Shown here: positions 8,423-18,022 of the stretch, in pieces
Layout: every line of letters begins with the position of its first letter
Position numbering within the stretch: the first letter of the stretch is position 1
Program-made: the position numbers and the translations under genes
The notes under the pieces: model-generated
Told to the model about the DNA's origin: nothing
Seen by the model: only the letters and a program-made list of their open reading frames with translations
The model's database searches: none
From: Dehalococcoidia bacterium
GTDB taxonomy: Bacteria; Chloroflexota; Dehalococcoidia; Lucifugimonadales; GCA-2712585
Reading direction: 5' to 3'
NCBI GenBank assembly: GCA_965247585.1
Contig: CBDFHC010000004.1
Location: forward strand, 66,554 to 130,553
Length of the DNA: 64,000 bases

Positions 8423-9610
8423 CTAGGAGGCGCGCTGGAAGATGGTGGCGACGCCCTGGCCGCCGCCAACGCACATGGTGACGAGGCCGAATTCCTGATC
8501 ACGTAGCTCTAGCTCTTCCAGGAGCTTGACGGTCATGATGGCGCCGGTGGCGCCGACGGGGTGGCCCAGGGAGATGCCGCTGCCGTTGACGTTGGTCTTG
8601 TCCGGGTCCATGTCCAGCTCGCGGATGCAGTAGAGGGCCTGGGAGGCGAATGCCTCGTTGAGCTCAATGAGGTCAATGTCGTCCATAGACATGCCGGCCT
8701 TCGCCAGGGCCTTTCGGACGGCGGGGATGGGGCCGATGCCCATGACGGCGGGCTCCACGCCGGCGACGCCGCGGGCGTGCCAACGGAGCCGGGGACGGAT
8801 GCCCAACTCTTTGGCCTTATCCGCGGACATGATGACCACGGCGGCGGCGCCGTCATTAATGGTGGAGGCGTTGCCGGCGGTGACGGTGCCGCCTTTTTTG
8901 AAGGCGGGGGAAAGCTGGGACAGACGTTCCAGGGTGGTGTCCTCCCTGGGACCTTCGTCGTTGGAGACGACGACGGGGTCGCCGCGGCGCTGCGGGACGG
9001 AGATGTCCGTTATCTGGTTGGCGAAACGGCCGGCGTTGACGGCGGCCACGGCACGCTGGTGGCTGATGACGGCGAGCTGATCCTGGTCCTCACGGGAAAC
9101 GCCGAAGCGCTCGGCGACGTTCTCGGCGGTGACGCCCATGTGGTAGAGGTTGACGGGGCAGCCGAGGCCCTTGATGAGGCTATCGGTGAGAACGGCGTCG
9201 CCGAGGCGAAGGCCGTCAAAGCGGGCCTTGTAGTCGACCATATAGGGGGACTGACTCATATTCTCGGTGCCGCCGGCGACGGCGATGTCCACCTCGCCGG
9301 TCTTAATGAGCTGGGCGGCCATGTTGATGGCCTCCAGGCCGGAGGAGCATTGGCGGTTGATAGCGATGGTGGGGATTTCGGCGGGGATGCCCGCGGCGAG
9401 GGAGGCGAGCCTGGCGGCGTAGCCGGACTCGGCGGTCTGGAGGGCGTTGCCGAGGACCACCTCATCTACCTGGTCGGGGCGTAGGTCAACCTGGGCCAGG
9501 GCTGCCTTGATGGCGAGGGCACCGAGGTCTGAGGCGGAGATGTCTTTGAATGCGCCTCCGAACCTACCGACGGGGGTACGCGCCCCACTGACGATTACGG
9601 CCTCTTGCAT
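8423..9610 (-). CDS. Acetyl-CoA C-acetyltransferase (thiolase II)
   Basis: Starts MQEAVIVSGARTPVGRFGG. Active-site Cys context NRQCSSGLEAI and C-terminal CVGGGQGVA. SD gggagg precedes the ATG at 9610. The track ORF extends to 9886 through repeat sequence, so I trimmed it. Confidence 0.9.
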   Translation of the reverse strand: MQEAVIVSGARTPVGRFGGAFKDISASDLGALAIKAALAQVDLRPDQVDEVVLGNALQTAESGYAARLASLAAGIPAEIPTIAINRQCSSGLEAINMAAQLIKTGEVDIAVAGGTENMSQSPYMVDYKARFDGLRLGDAVLTDSLIKGLGCPVNLYHMGVTAENVAERFGVSREDQDQLAVISHQRAVAAVNAGRFANQITDISVPQRRGDPVVVSNDEGPREDTTLERLSQLSPAFKKGGTVTAGNASTINDGAAAVVIMSADKAKELGIRPRLRWHARGVAGVEPAVMGIGPIPAVRKALAKAGMSMDDIDLIELNEAFASQALYCIRELDMDPDKTNVNGSGISLGHPVGATGAIMTVKLLEELELRDQEFGLVTMCVGGGQGVATIFQRAS

Positions 9611-9744
9611 TGGTTTCCTCCCAGGTTGGTGGGTGATTGGTTGGCTGGTTTGGCGCCGGCTGCCACCGGTAGCCTGGCTTCTGGTGACGGGGCGGGGTCT
9701 AGAGGAACGATACCAGAGGTTCAGTTGGGGGGCAATGAGGGAAG

Positions 9745-10013
9745 CCTGAGGGACACCCTCAGTCTCCCGGCAGAAGGGATCTGCCCCTCTGCACTCCCCG
9801 TTAACGGGTCTGCTTAATTGAACGGAAAAGGCTTTCTCGAGGGAATCAGCGGTGGCGCAGGGTGTTGTCACCACAAAGGGTTGCAAATCGAAGGTTGGTG
9901 GTGCCCACCCACTCGCCCGGATGGTTTTTAAAGTTGTTTCTGAGGAACACCCTCAGTCTCCCGGCAGAAGGGATCTGCCCCTCTGCACTCCCCGTTAGCG
10001 GGTCTGCTTAATG
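9745..10013 (+). repeat. Intergenic repeat cluster 5 (B, A, B)
   Basis: B 9745-9815, A 9848-9930, B 9937-10013. The two B copies share the same hairpin 2 (cagaagggatctgcccctctg) and nearly the same 3' tail (ttaacg vs ttagcg), consistent with a local duplication. Confidence 0.9.
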
Positions 10014-10029
10014 TGACGGACAGGGCATT

Positions 10030-11184
10030 CTAGAGGGGTTCCGCGGCGCGCTGGAGGGCGCGTTGGGGGGTCATTTCATGGAGGATGGGGTGGGCGTGCC
10101 GATGGACGAGGAGATTGGTGAGTACCTGGGCGATGAAGGCGGATAGGAGGAAGCCGTTGCTGCTGGCGGCGGCCATATAGACACCACTGACATCACCAAC
10201 GTAGCCGAGTATAGGGACGCGGCCAGGGGTACCGGCGCCGCAGCCAGCGGCGACCTCGGCGATCTGGAACTTGAGGCCGGGGAAGATTTTGCGAACGCGC
10301 TGTAGGAGCCACTCCTTACCATCTTCGGTGGGGCGAGCGTCGAAGCCGGTGTCGTCGTGCTTGCTGCCCAGGTGCATAAGACCATCGACGCGGTGGACCA
10401 TGTTGGTCTCCATCCAGCGGACGGCGCAGCCGAGGGGAGGGCCTTCCGGCTGGAGGTGGAGCTTTTGGAGGGGGTAGGGCCCGATGGGGAGGGAGACGCC
10501 GAGCCAGCGCTGGAGGGCGTCGCCGCCCCAGGCGCCCATGGCCATGACGGCAGTATCGCAGGGGACCACGTCGCCGCCGGCCAGCCGGACGCCGGTGAGC
10601 CGGTCCGAGGCGGTGTCCAAACCAACGGCCTCGCCGTTTACCAACCGGGCACCGTGGCGGGATGCGGCGTGGGAGAGGGCGTTGGTGAAGAGGTAGGGGT
10701 CCAACTGCATGCAATCGTGGTGGAGCATACCGCCGAGGATTTCCGGAGAGAGGCGGGAGTCCAGGTCTTGTGCGGTCCTGGCATCGACCCACTCGACGCG
10801 GAGACCGGCGTCCCGGAGTTCATCAGTAAAGCTACGGGTCTGCCGGACCTCGTCTTCGTCCATGGCGGCATAGAGGTAACGGACGTCCTGTTCGCGGAAG
10901 TCCTGACCTGAGTCGGCTTTGATTTCTGGCAGCCAGCGGCGAAAAAGGGCGAGGCTTTCGACACCCATGTCGGTCTGAAACTGGCCGTAGGTGTGGGTGG
11001 CGGGCTGGACGTTGCCAGCGGAGGCGCCGGAAGCCTCGGAGGCGACGCCCTTGCGTTCGATGACGGTTACGGGGACCCCTTCTTTTGAGAGGCGGTAGGC
11101 GAGGAAACAGCCGATGACGCCGCCGCCGATGATGGCGACGTTTCCGAGGTCAGTGTTGGGGGTAGGAGGTGTTGGAGTTGCCAA
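10030..11184 (-). CDS. FAD-dependent oxidoreductase (DAO / glycine-D-amino-acid oxidase-like), copy 1
   Basis: 384 aa with an N-terminal Rossmann motif VAIIGGGVIGCFLAYRL. TTG start preceded by SD ggagg. Confidence 0.8.
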   Translation of the reverse strand: MATPTPPTPNTDLGNVAIIGGGVIGCFLAYRLSKEGVPVTVIERKGVASEASGASAGNVQPATHTYGQFQTDMGVESLALFRRWLPEIKADSGQDFREQDVRYLYAAMDEDEVRQTRSFTDELRDAGLRVEWVDARTAQDLDSRLSPEILGGMLHHDCMQLDPYLFTNALSHAASRHGARLVNGEAVGLDTASDRLTGVRLAGGDVVPCDTAVMAMGAWGGDALQRWLGVSLPIGPYPLQKLHLQPEGPPLGCAVRWMETNMVHRVDGLMHLGSKHDDTGFDARPTEDGKEWLLQRVRKIFPGLKFQIAEVAAGCGAGTPGRVPILGYVGDVSGVYMAAASSNGFLLSAFIAQVLTNLLVHRHAHPILHEMTPQRALQRAAEPL

Positions 11185-11212
11185 GGGTTAGCCTCCGGTT
11201 GGTGTTTGGTTT

Positions 11213-11297
11213 GGAGGGAAAGGTTTTCGAAGTTTTTCTGAGGGACACCCTCAGGCTCCCAGCAAAGGGGCATGACCCCTCTGCACTCCCCTTTCAT
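11213..11297 (+). repeat. Intergenic repeat cluster 6 (A 3' tail, B)
   Basis: ggagggaaaggttttcgaag, then B (tttttctgagggacaccctcaggctcccagcaaaggggcatgacccctctgcactcccc). Ends 8 nt before the aminotransferase stop codon. Confidence 0.85.
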
Positions 11298-11304
11298 CAG
11301 CCTG

Positions 11305-12666
11305 CTAAGCGATAGAGAGCTCCGTTTCCAGCTCACCCAGGACCTGGTCAAGGGCGTTAACGATGCGGTCTATCTCGTCACGCCGGACGCAAAGAGGCGG
11401 GGCGATGACGATGCATCCCTTGGGGCGCAGTATGAGGCGGTGCTGACGGAACTTCTCAGCCAGCCGGTTTTCGACCTTCATCTCGGCGGGGAAGCGTTCT
11501 TTGGTGTGGCGGTCCTTGACGATTTCCACGGCGGTGAGGAGGCCCAGGCCGCGAACGTTGCCAATGATGGGATGGTCCGGTTCCAGGGAGTGGAGCTGTT
11601 CCAGGAGGTAGGCGCCCATGAGGGCGGCGTTCTCCACCAGGTTTTCATCTTCAATGATTTTGAGGTTGGACAGGGCGGCGGCGGCGGCCACGGGATGGCC
11701 GCCGAAGGTGAGGCTCATGGGGAAGATGTTTTCGGGGCCGGCGAAGGCGTCGGAAACGTGGCGGCCCACGATGGCGGCGCCCACGGGCAGGTAGCTGCTG
11801 ACCATCCCCTTGGCGACAGCCATGATGTCCGGGACGACGTCCCAATGTTCGACGCCGAACATTTTGCCAGTGCGCCCGAAGCCGGTGACTATTTCGTCAG
11901 CGATGAGGATGACGCCGTACCTGTCACATATCTGACGCAGCATGGGCCAGTACTCGGGACCAGGGACGGACACGGCGTCCAGGGGCCGGTCAGAGCAGAT
12001 GGGCTCTGCGATGACGGCGGCGACGGTTTCCGCGCCGTGGAAGAGGATGAGGTCCTCGACGGCCTGGGCGCACCTGACTGCGACCTCCGACGGGTTGTCG
12101 CCGCCCAACTCGCAGCGGTAGGAATTGGGTTGAGGGGCGTGGAGGATGCCGGGAGGGGCGGGCTCGAAGTCTGACAGGCCGCCGGTGCCCCCGAGCCAGG
12201 TGGTGATGCCCATGGCGCCGTGGTAGGAGCCCTTGCGGCTGATGATCTTGTAGCGGCCGCCTTCGCCGCGGCGCTTGTGGTAGGCGCGGGCGATCTTGAT
12301 GGCGACCTCGTTGGCCTCGGAGCCGCCGGTGACCAGCCAACTTCGCTCCAAGTTGCCGGGGGTGAGCTGGGCCAGCTTTTCGCAGAGAGCGGCCACGGGA
12401 GGAGTGGTGGTGTATTTGGGGGCGAAGGTGATCTTGAGCATCTGCTCCAAGGCGGCGTCGGCGATCTCGTGGCGGCCGTAACCGGCGCTGACGTTGATGT
12501 AGCCGCCGTTGACGTCCATCCAGGTGTTGCCGTCAGAGTCCGTGACGTCGAGACCATGGCCTTCGACGATGATGATGGGGTCGCCTTCTTCGGCCATCTG
12601 GAGCCAGTCACGGGAGTGCATCCAGTTGTGCGCCAGGGATGAGCGCCGCAGGGCTTCGGTGTCCAT
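11305..12666 (-). CDS. Class-III (omega) aminotransferase, paralog 1
   Basis: PLP-fold type I class III pattern ([22 protein letters not shown]). I moved the start to the ATG at 12666 (MDTEAL), preceded by SD gaggaag. Confidence 0.85.
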   Translation of the reverse strand: MDTEALRRSSLAHNWMHSRDWLQMAEEGDPIIIVEGHGLDVTDSDGNTWMDVNGGYINVSAGYGRHEIADAALEQMLKITFAPKYTTTPPVAALCEKLAQLTPGNLERSWLVTGGSEANEVAIKIARAYHKRRGEGGRYKIISRKGSYHGAMGITTWLGGTGGLSDFEPAPPGILHAPQPNSYRCELGGDNPSEVAVRCAQAVEDLILFHGAETVAAVIAEPICSDRPLDAVSVPGPEYWPMLRQICDRYGVILIADEIVTGFGRTGKMFGVEHWDVVPDIMAVAKGMVSSYLPVGAAIVGRHVSDAFAGPENIFPMSLTFGGHPVAAAAALSNLKIIEDENLVENAALMGAYLLEQLHSLEPDHPIIGNVRGLGLLTAVEIVKDRHTKERFPAEMKVENRLAEKFRQHRLILRPKGCIVIAPPLCVRRDEIDRIVNALDQVLGELETELSIA

Positions 12667-12721
12667 TTTTTCTTCCTCTACGAAGGTTGGCAAACCTGTG
12701 CGTGGTTGGGATTGAATAGAC

Positions 12722-14098
12722 TTAGGTGATGCTCAATTCTTGCTCCCAGTCACCGATGGCGCCGTCTATGGCGGCGGCGATCTGGTCCACGTCCTCGCGG
12801 GTAGTGCAGAGGGGAGGGCCGAGGTATATCTTGCCGCGAGTGGCGTGGAGGATGAGGCGGCGCTGCTGGAACTTCTCGTTGAGCCGGTCACAGACCTGAG
12901 CCTGGTCAGCAAAGGGGCTTCTGTTCTGTTTGTCGCTCACGAGGTCAATTCCCATGAAGAGGCCCAGACCGTCGACGTTGCCCATGGTGGGGTGGTCTTC
13001 CGACATATCCTGAAGCTGTTGTTTGAAGTAGGCGCCAACCTGGGCGGAGTTCTGCACCATGCCCTCGGTTTCGATGATTTCGATGTTCTTCAGGGCAGCG
13101 GCGGCGGTGACGGGGTGGCCGCTATGGGTGACGGCCATCATGAGTTGGTTGCCGGGGCCGCCGAAGACATCAGCGATTTCTTCGCTAACGATGGTGCCGG
13201 AGATGGGGAGGTAGCTGCTGCTGATGCCCTTGCCGACGGTCATGATGTCCGGGACGACGCCCCAGTGTTCCATGCCAAACATTTTGCCGGTGCGGCCGAA
13301 GCCGGTGATAACCTCATCAACGATCATAACGACACCGTAGCGGTCACAGATGTCACGAATCATGGGCCAGTACGCTTCGCCGGGCACGGCAGATCCGGAG
13401 GGCTGGGCGACGGGCTCGCCGATGAAGGCGGCCACGGTCTCTGGCCCTTCCTCCAGTATCAGCTTTTCCACGGCCTGGGCGCACCGGACGGCGCATTCAG
13501 ATGGGGACTGGCCTCCCATCTCACAGCGGTAGGGATTGGGATGGGGGGCGTGGAGCATGCCGGGGTACTGGGGCTCGAAGTCAGCCTGGCCGAAGTTGGA
13601 GGAGCTTTCACCCAGCCACATGGTCTGTCCGAGGGCGCCATGGTAGGAACCGCGGCGGCTTATGACTTTGTACCGGGTGGGCTGTCCGCGGCGCTTATGG
13701 TATGCGCGGGTGATTTTCAGGGCGGTCTCGTTGGCCTCAGAGCCGCCGCAGTTGAGGAAGGTCCTGGAAAGGCTGCCGGGGGTAATGTCAGCGAGCTTCT
13801 GGCAGAGCTGGATGACGGGTGCGGTGGTAGTGCCGTTAGGGAAGAATGTGACCTGCTTAAGCTGCTCATAGGCGGCGTATGATATCTCGTCCCGGCCATA
13901 GCCCACGTTGACGGAGTAGTAGCCGCCACAGGCATCGATCCAGGTGTTGCCCAAGGAGTCGGTGACGCGGATTCCCTTACCTTCGACGATGACCAAGGGA
14001 TCGCCGGTCTCGGCCATCTGGGTCCAGTCCTTGTTATGGAACCACTGGTATTGGAGGGCGGACTGTCGGATTGCCTCGGTGTCTATAGGTGAGGCCAT
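12722..14098 (-). CDS. Class-III (omega) aminotransferase, paralog 2
   Basis: 458 aa, collinear with the neighbouring paralog (roughly half the residues identical by eye). [15 protein letters not shown] motif. SD gaggag. Confidence 0.85.
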   Translation of the reverse strand: MASPIDTEAIRQSALQYQWFHNKDWTQMAETGDPLVIVEGKGIRVTDSLGNTWIDACGGYYSVNVGYGRDEISYAAYEQLKQVTFFPNGTTTAPVIQLCQKLADITPGSLSRTFLNCGGSEANETALKITRAYHKRRGQPTRYKVISRRGSYHGALGQTMWLGESSSNFGQADFEPQYPGMLHAPHPNPYRCEMGGQSPSECAVRCAQAVEKLILEEGPETVAAFIGEPVAQPSGSAVPGEAYWPMIRDICDRYGVVMIVDEVITGFGRTGKMFGMEHWGVVPDIMTVGKGISSSYLPISGTIVSEEIADVFGGPGNQLMMAVTHSGHPVTAAAALKNIEIIETEGMVQNSAQVGAYFKQQLQDMSEDHPTMGNVDGLGLFMGIDLVSDKQNRSPFADQAQVCDRLNEKFQQRRLILHATRGKIYLGPPLCTTREDVDQIAAAIDGAIGDWEQELSIT

Positions 14099-14164
14099 GG
14101 TGTTTGCTCCTCAGGTTGTTGGATGGACGCGACTTTGATTGCCATGTGATCTCCAAGGCAATCA

Positions 14165-14400
14165 GTGATAGCGATTGGTCTCGGCACCACGAAGGTCTCC
14201 AAATCACAGGTTGGTGGTGCCCAACCACCCGCCCAGTAAGGTCTTATTTTAAGTTCTGAGGGACACCCTCAGACTCCCGGCAGAAGGGCTCTGCCACTCT
14301 GCACTCCCCGTTTTGGGGCTTAGCAAGTTGATGAGTAGATGGAAAAGAGAGGCTGAGGGAACCCCCTCTTAATCTCTCCCTCGATAGGGGGAGATGATTT
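14165..14400 (+). repeat. Intergenic repeat cluster 7 (A, B, D)
   Basis: A 14165-14243, B 14251-14318 (hairpin 2 at 14280-14302), D hairpin 14362-14400. Confidence 0.9.
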
Positions 14401-14430
14401 GGCGAAAGGATTCGTATAGTCAAAGAGAGA

Positions 14431-15156
14431 CTAACAGGTTGGGGGCGTTATGTCTTGCGCCGCGGAGAGGGCGGCCTCGGGGTCGCGGGCGCGAAGGGAG
14501 AACATTTCCATACGGGGTCTGTAAAGCTGGACGAGACGGCGCAGCTCGACCAGGGGTTGGGGGTGCTCGTCGACGCGAAGGTCAACGCGGGGGAAGGAGT
14601 CAGAGGCGTAGACCAGCAAAGCGGCGGAGTGGTAGGGGGTGCTATCGCGGGCCTCGCCGCCAGCGTCCTGTCCGGCGTCGATGGAGTCAAGAAGGCGGTC
14701 TTCCAGGTCGGCGGCTTCGGTGGCCTGGAAGGCTCGGGCCATGGCCTGAACTACCTGCTCACCGGCCAGGGCGTTGCCCATGGCGACGAAGTTGGGTCCG
14801 GTGACGTGGCCGGCCCAGGGGCCGTTGAAGGAACCGGTGCGGGCGGCGGAGGCACCGTCGCGGTCGACGACGCCAAGCTGCCGACGCTCGATATGGGGGT
14901 CGCTGGCTTCCAACTCGGCGATGACGCGAGATGCGGAGTAGCCGAGGTCCATGAGGCGAAGGGCGAAGGGGCCGAGGCGGGGGTCGGTGGCGGCCTGGGT
15001 GGAGACGGCGCCGACGAGAGGGCGAACGTAGGGGCAGCGAGAGCCGACGCAAAGATCGCTGGTGGTGATGGCGATGCCGAGCATGCCGGTGCGGTGGCAA
15101 CGTCCGATGATGGAAAAGGTATGGGACTCAACGCCTATTTCGAATTGCAAGGGCAA
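14431..15156 (-). CDS. DUF1028 family protein (Ntn-hydrolase-like)
   Basis: HTFSIIGRCHRTGMLGIAITTSDLCVGSRCPYVRPLVGAVSTQA matches the DUF1028 N-terminal pattern (TFSI...G.GVA..S....VG.......GAV.TQA). The TTG at 15156 lies immediately after SD gggagg, so the TTG at 15150 may be the real start. Confidence 0.65.
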   Translation of the reverse strand: MPLQFEIGVESHTFSIIGRCHRTGMLGIAITTSDLCVGSRCPYVRPLVGAVSTQAATDPRLGPFALRLMDLGYSASRVIAELEASDPHIERRQLGVVDRDGASAARTGSFNGPWAGHVTGPNFVAMGNALAGEQVVQAMARAFQATEAADLEDRLLDSIDAGQDAGGEARDSTPYHSAALLVYASDSFPRVDLRVDEHPQPLVELRRLVQLYRPRMEMFSLRARDPEAALSAAQDITPPTC

Positions 15157-15174
15157 CCTCCCGGAAGGGTATGG

Positions 15175-16428
15175 CTATGGTGCGGCGGCACCGCAGTGCT
15201 CCAGGGCGGTGAGGGCGTAGACCCTGGTAGCCTGGACCATTTCGTTAATGTGGGCATAGCAGTCGTCTTCATCGGGTCCACCGCGGACGGTGCCGGGGCC
15301 GTAGATAAGGCAGGGGATGCCGGCGTTCCAGAGATGACAGGTATCGTTGGAGGAGTAGGAGTTGGGGAGGACGGCGCCGATAGCCCTGGGCGGCTGTCCG
15401 GTGACTTCGCGGTGGCAGCGGGCGACAAGCTGGACGATGGGCGAGTCGACGGGGACGTCCAGGGGGTCCATAACGAGGCGCCGACGGCCTTTGAAAAAGT
15501 CCGGCGGTGGTATTTCGATGTCGTAGCGGAGGTCCGGGTCGGCGGCGGCCAAGGGGTCCAGGGTCCGCCGGATGTCGGCGACGATGTTCTCGACGGTCTG
15601 CCCCGGGAGGAAATGGACGTCCACCAGGATGGTGCAGAGGTCAGGGATGTAGGGGGGCTCTACCAGGACGTAGTCCTGGCCCCGGCCGCCGATGACGCTG
15701 CCGACGTTTAGGCGGGGGAGGTCGGGGAGGTCCGGGCGAGGCGTGTATGTGAAGTCGACGTTCTGTAGGGCCTGGATGACGCCGGTCATTTTTCCCACGG
15801 CGTTGACGGTGCCTTGAAGGCGGCTGATGTGGCCGGTGACGCCGAATACGTGGACGGCCATGTGGACGATGCCAGCGTGGACGGTGGCCAAGTTTCCGAG
15901 GCCGAAGGGCTCGGCGACGACGGCGGCATCGGTGCGGAAGCCGGACTGCATGAGGTGGTAGGTGCCCTCGCCGCCCTGGGTCTCGCCGACGACGCAGGCG
16001 ACCACCAGGTCTCCAAGGAGCCGGACCGGGGACTGTCGGACGGCCTCGGCGGCCATGATGATGCTGGCGAGTCCGGCCTTCATATTCTGGACGCCGTGGC
16101 CGTATAGGCGGTCGCCTTCGACGGTGGGGGTCCACGGGTCGCGGGTCCAGCGCATGGTGAGGGCGTTGATATCTGTGTGGCCGTTGAGCATGAGGCTGGG
16201 GCCTTCCGCGACGCCGGGGAGGGTGGCGATGACTTGCAAGCGGCCAGGTTCAACTTCCTGGAGGTCCACCATGTAGCCCCGTTCATTGAAGAAACGATCG
16301 AGGAAGCGGGCCACGGGGGTCTCGTCCGGCTTGAAGCTGGGAATGCGAATCAGGTCGGAGGCCAGGGATACGATGGAGTCACGGTCGACGTGGGCCAGCA
16401 CGGATTCTTTGAGGGCAAGGTCCGCCAC
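15175..16428 (-). CDS. M20 family metallopeptidase / deacylase (ArgE/DapE-like)
   Basis: M20-like pattern (LMLNGHTDIN, ACVVGETQGGEG, dimerisation-domain region). I trimmed to the GTG at 16428 (VADLALKES...); the track ORF to 16623 runs toward the upstream repeat cluster. The start is uncertain. Confidence 0.7.
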   Translation of the reverse strand: MADLALKESVLAHVDRDSIVSLASDLIRIPSFKPDETPVARFLDRFFNERGYMVDLQEVEPGRLQVIATLPGVAEGPSLMLNGHTDINALTMRWTRDPWTPTVEGDRLYGHGVQNMKAGLASIIMAAEAVRQSPVRLLGDLVVACVVGETQGGEGTYHLMQSGFRTDAAVVAEPFGLGNLATVHAGIVHMAVHVFGVTGHISRLQGTVNAVGKMTGVIQALQNVDFTYTPRPDLPDLPRLNVGSVIGGRGQDYVLVEPPYIPDLCTILVDVHFLPGQTVENIVADIRRTLDPLAAADPDLRYDIEIPPPDFFKGRRRLVMDPLDVPVDSPIVQLVARCHREVTGQPPRAIGAVLPNSYSSNDTCHLWNAGIPCLIYGPGTVRGGPDEDDCYAHINEMVQATRVYALTALEHCGAAAP

Positions 16429-16620
16429 GGTGGTCTCCCAATGCGAAAGAGATTGGCCGCCAAACTGTGGAGTGGATTCTAGCCACGGGGCGTAGCAGTG
16501 TCCATTGGTTGGGAAGTGGGGCTCGCATGTGCCGGTGGGCGAGGATGAGTTAGAATGGGCGAATTGACCCCTGCCGGAGGATTTCACGAAGTATGCAGGC
16601 ATTACGCTGGGTATCACCAT

Positions 16621-16876
16621 CACAAATGATCAAAGGTTGGTGGTGGGCTGCCGCCCCGAAACGGATTTGAAAAGGCAATTCTGAGGAAGGCCCGCGGAGC
16701 TTGTGAACAAATTAAGCCAGAACAGCGACAGTGGGCGCCATCGTAGGAGATGTTCTCCCCCCCCACCCAGATTCTTCGTTCCTCACGGGCGAACTCCGAA
16801 TGACATGGTGGGTGGCGGAATCCGGTATGGGCTCGTCCTTCGAGAGCCTCCGGATGAGCGGGTTGGAGGGGTAGAA
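16621..16876 (+). repeat. Intergenic repeat cluster 8 (A variant, truncated B, G, C-left, C-mid)
   Basis: Contains caaaggttggtggtgggc, attctgaggaagg, gtgaacaaattaagcc..acagcgacagtgggcgc, cccagattcttcgttcctcacgggcgaactccgaatgacatgg and ccggtatgggctcgtccttcgagagcctccggatgagcgggttggagg. Confidence 0.85.
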
Positions 16877-17016
16877 CGGTTAGGGTTGGCGGTGGCAGCG
16901 CGCTCCAGATTTACGTTGGTTCAACGGGCTGGGCATTGCCCCAGATGAGTGGTAACAAGAGCGCAGAAGGTCCATTTTCGAAGCAATCCGGCATAGTGGA
17001 GGGTACAGCCAGCCCA

Positions 17017-17135
17017 CAGGACTGCAAATTGCAGGTTGGTGGTACCCACCCAGGAAGGTTTTTAAAAGTTTTTCTGAGGGACATCCTCAGACTCCCGGCA
17101 GAGAGGGCTATCCCCCTCTGGACTCCCCGTAGAGG
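17017..17135 (+). repeat. Intergenic repeat cluster 9 (A, B)
   Basis: ggactgcaaattgcaggttggtggtacccacccaggaaggttttt, then B with hairpin 2 cagagagggctatccccctctgg. Confidence 0.9.
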
Positions 17136-17209
17136 GCATTTCAAGTAGATGCAAGGTGCTATTTGCGAAGCTGCTGAGGAACGCGGCACGTTCCAGAAAA
17201 AGATGAGGA

Positions 17210-17605
17210 ATGGAGGATGAACAGATGGCGATTGTAAGGGTATACACGGGAGAGGACGGGCAATCACATTTCGAGGATGTAGTGCCGGAGTTCGGGGAGG
17301 CGGACAAGGGGCCGGCGGACCGTTGGGCGCTAGACGCTCAGAAGGTAATTCACGAGGCCAGCGGCACGTTGGCGAGGAGGTTCGATCCGGCACGGTCGAA
17401 CCCGTGGCACCACGCGCCGGGGAGGGCGGTGGTGTTTACATTACAAGGGTCGGTGGAGATTGAGGTTGGATACGGCACGAAGCGGGTAATGGGGCCGGGA
17501 GACATTCTGATTGCCGAGGACATGACGGGACAGGGGCATTACACGCGGGAAGTGGGAGGCGAAGCGCGGGTATCCATATTCGTGCCGATGAGGGACCCGG
17601 ATTAG
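17210..17605 (+). CDS. Cupin-domain protein (small, function unknown)
   Basis: 131 aa ORF in the local codon style with a beta-barrel-like C-terminal half (VVFTLQGSVEIEVGYG...GDILIAEDMTGQGHYTR). The family call rests on pattern only. An alternative start MAIVRVY is 5 codons downstream. Confidence 0.5.
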   Translation: MEDEQMAIVRVYTGEDGQSHFEDVVPEFGEADKGPADRWALDAQKVIHEASGTLARRFDPARSNPWHHAPGRAVVFTLQGSVEIEVGYGTKRVMGPGDILIAEDMTGQGHYTREVGGEARVSIFVPMRDPD

Positions 17606-17678
17606 GGTTGGATTTGAGGAAGCAGCAATGGCGATGGGTGTTTCGGCTGCGAGGAGTATGAAAATGGCAGGCGGTTCG

Positions 17679-17980
17679 CACCCCTCTTAATCTCCCTCTC
17701 GATAGGCGGAGAGAATCTTTCATTGTCGACGCAATCCCACATGCCGGTTACGACCGGCACCACCAGGGACGAACATTTCGGCTGGGAGATTCCACCTGTA
17801 CGGAGGAAGACCTATTTCGGTGCCGCTCAGCTAGGGCGAAAGGTTGCGTGCTCCTAAGGGCGACAAATCAGAGGTTGGTGATGCCCACTCACCCGCCCAG
17901 GAAGGTTTTTAAAATGTTTTTCTGAGGGACACCCTCAGACTCCCGCCAGAGAGGGTACGCCCTCTCTGGACTCTCCCCGA
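17679..17980 (+). repeat. Intergenic repeat cluster 10 (D, F, long A, B)
   Basis: D 17679-17722, F 17735-17775, A with 5' extension 17812-17908, B 17917-17980 with a perfect 10-bp hairpin 2 ccagagaggg-tacg-ccctctctgg (17946-17969). Confidence 0.9.
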
Positions 17981-18022
17981 AAAGGTCATCTTAAAATGCT
18001 GGCGACGCTATATTCGAGGCAA

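Noticed and set aside
9611-9886. N-terminal extensions of track ORFs: thiolase to 9886, amidase to 21544, SoxG-like to 40193, M20 to 16623, amidase to 25226, MgsC-like to 47275, MgsA-like to 48679
   Set aside because: Four of these (9886, 21544, 40193, 16623) translate or run into repeat modules. For the other three, the extension runs back over the 3' end of the upstream gene (25226, 47275) or simply precedes the start (48679). In every case an internal start with a GGAGG-type SD or a canonical family N-terminus (for example MCGIGG, MQEAVIVSGARTP) sits downstream.
14455-15711. 418-aa + strand ORF across the DUF1028 and M20 genes
   Set aside because: The product is G/A/V/D-rich and antisense to two recognisable enzymes. 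There is no SD and no family pattern.
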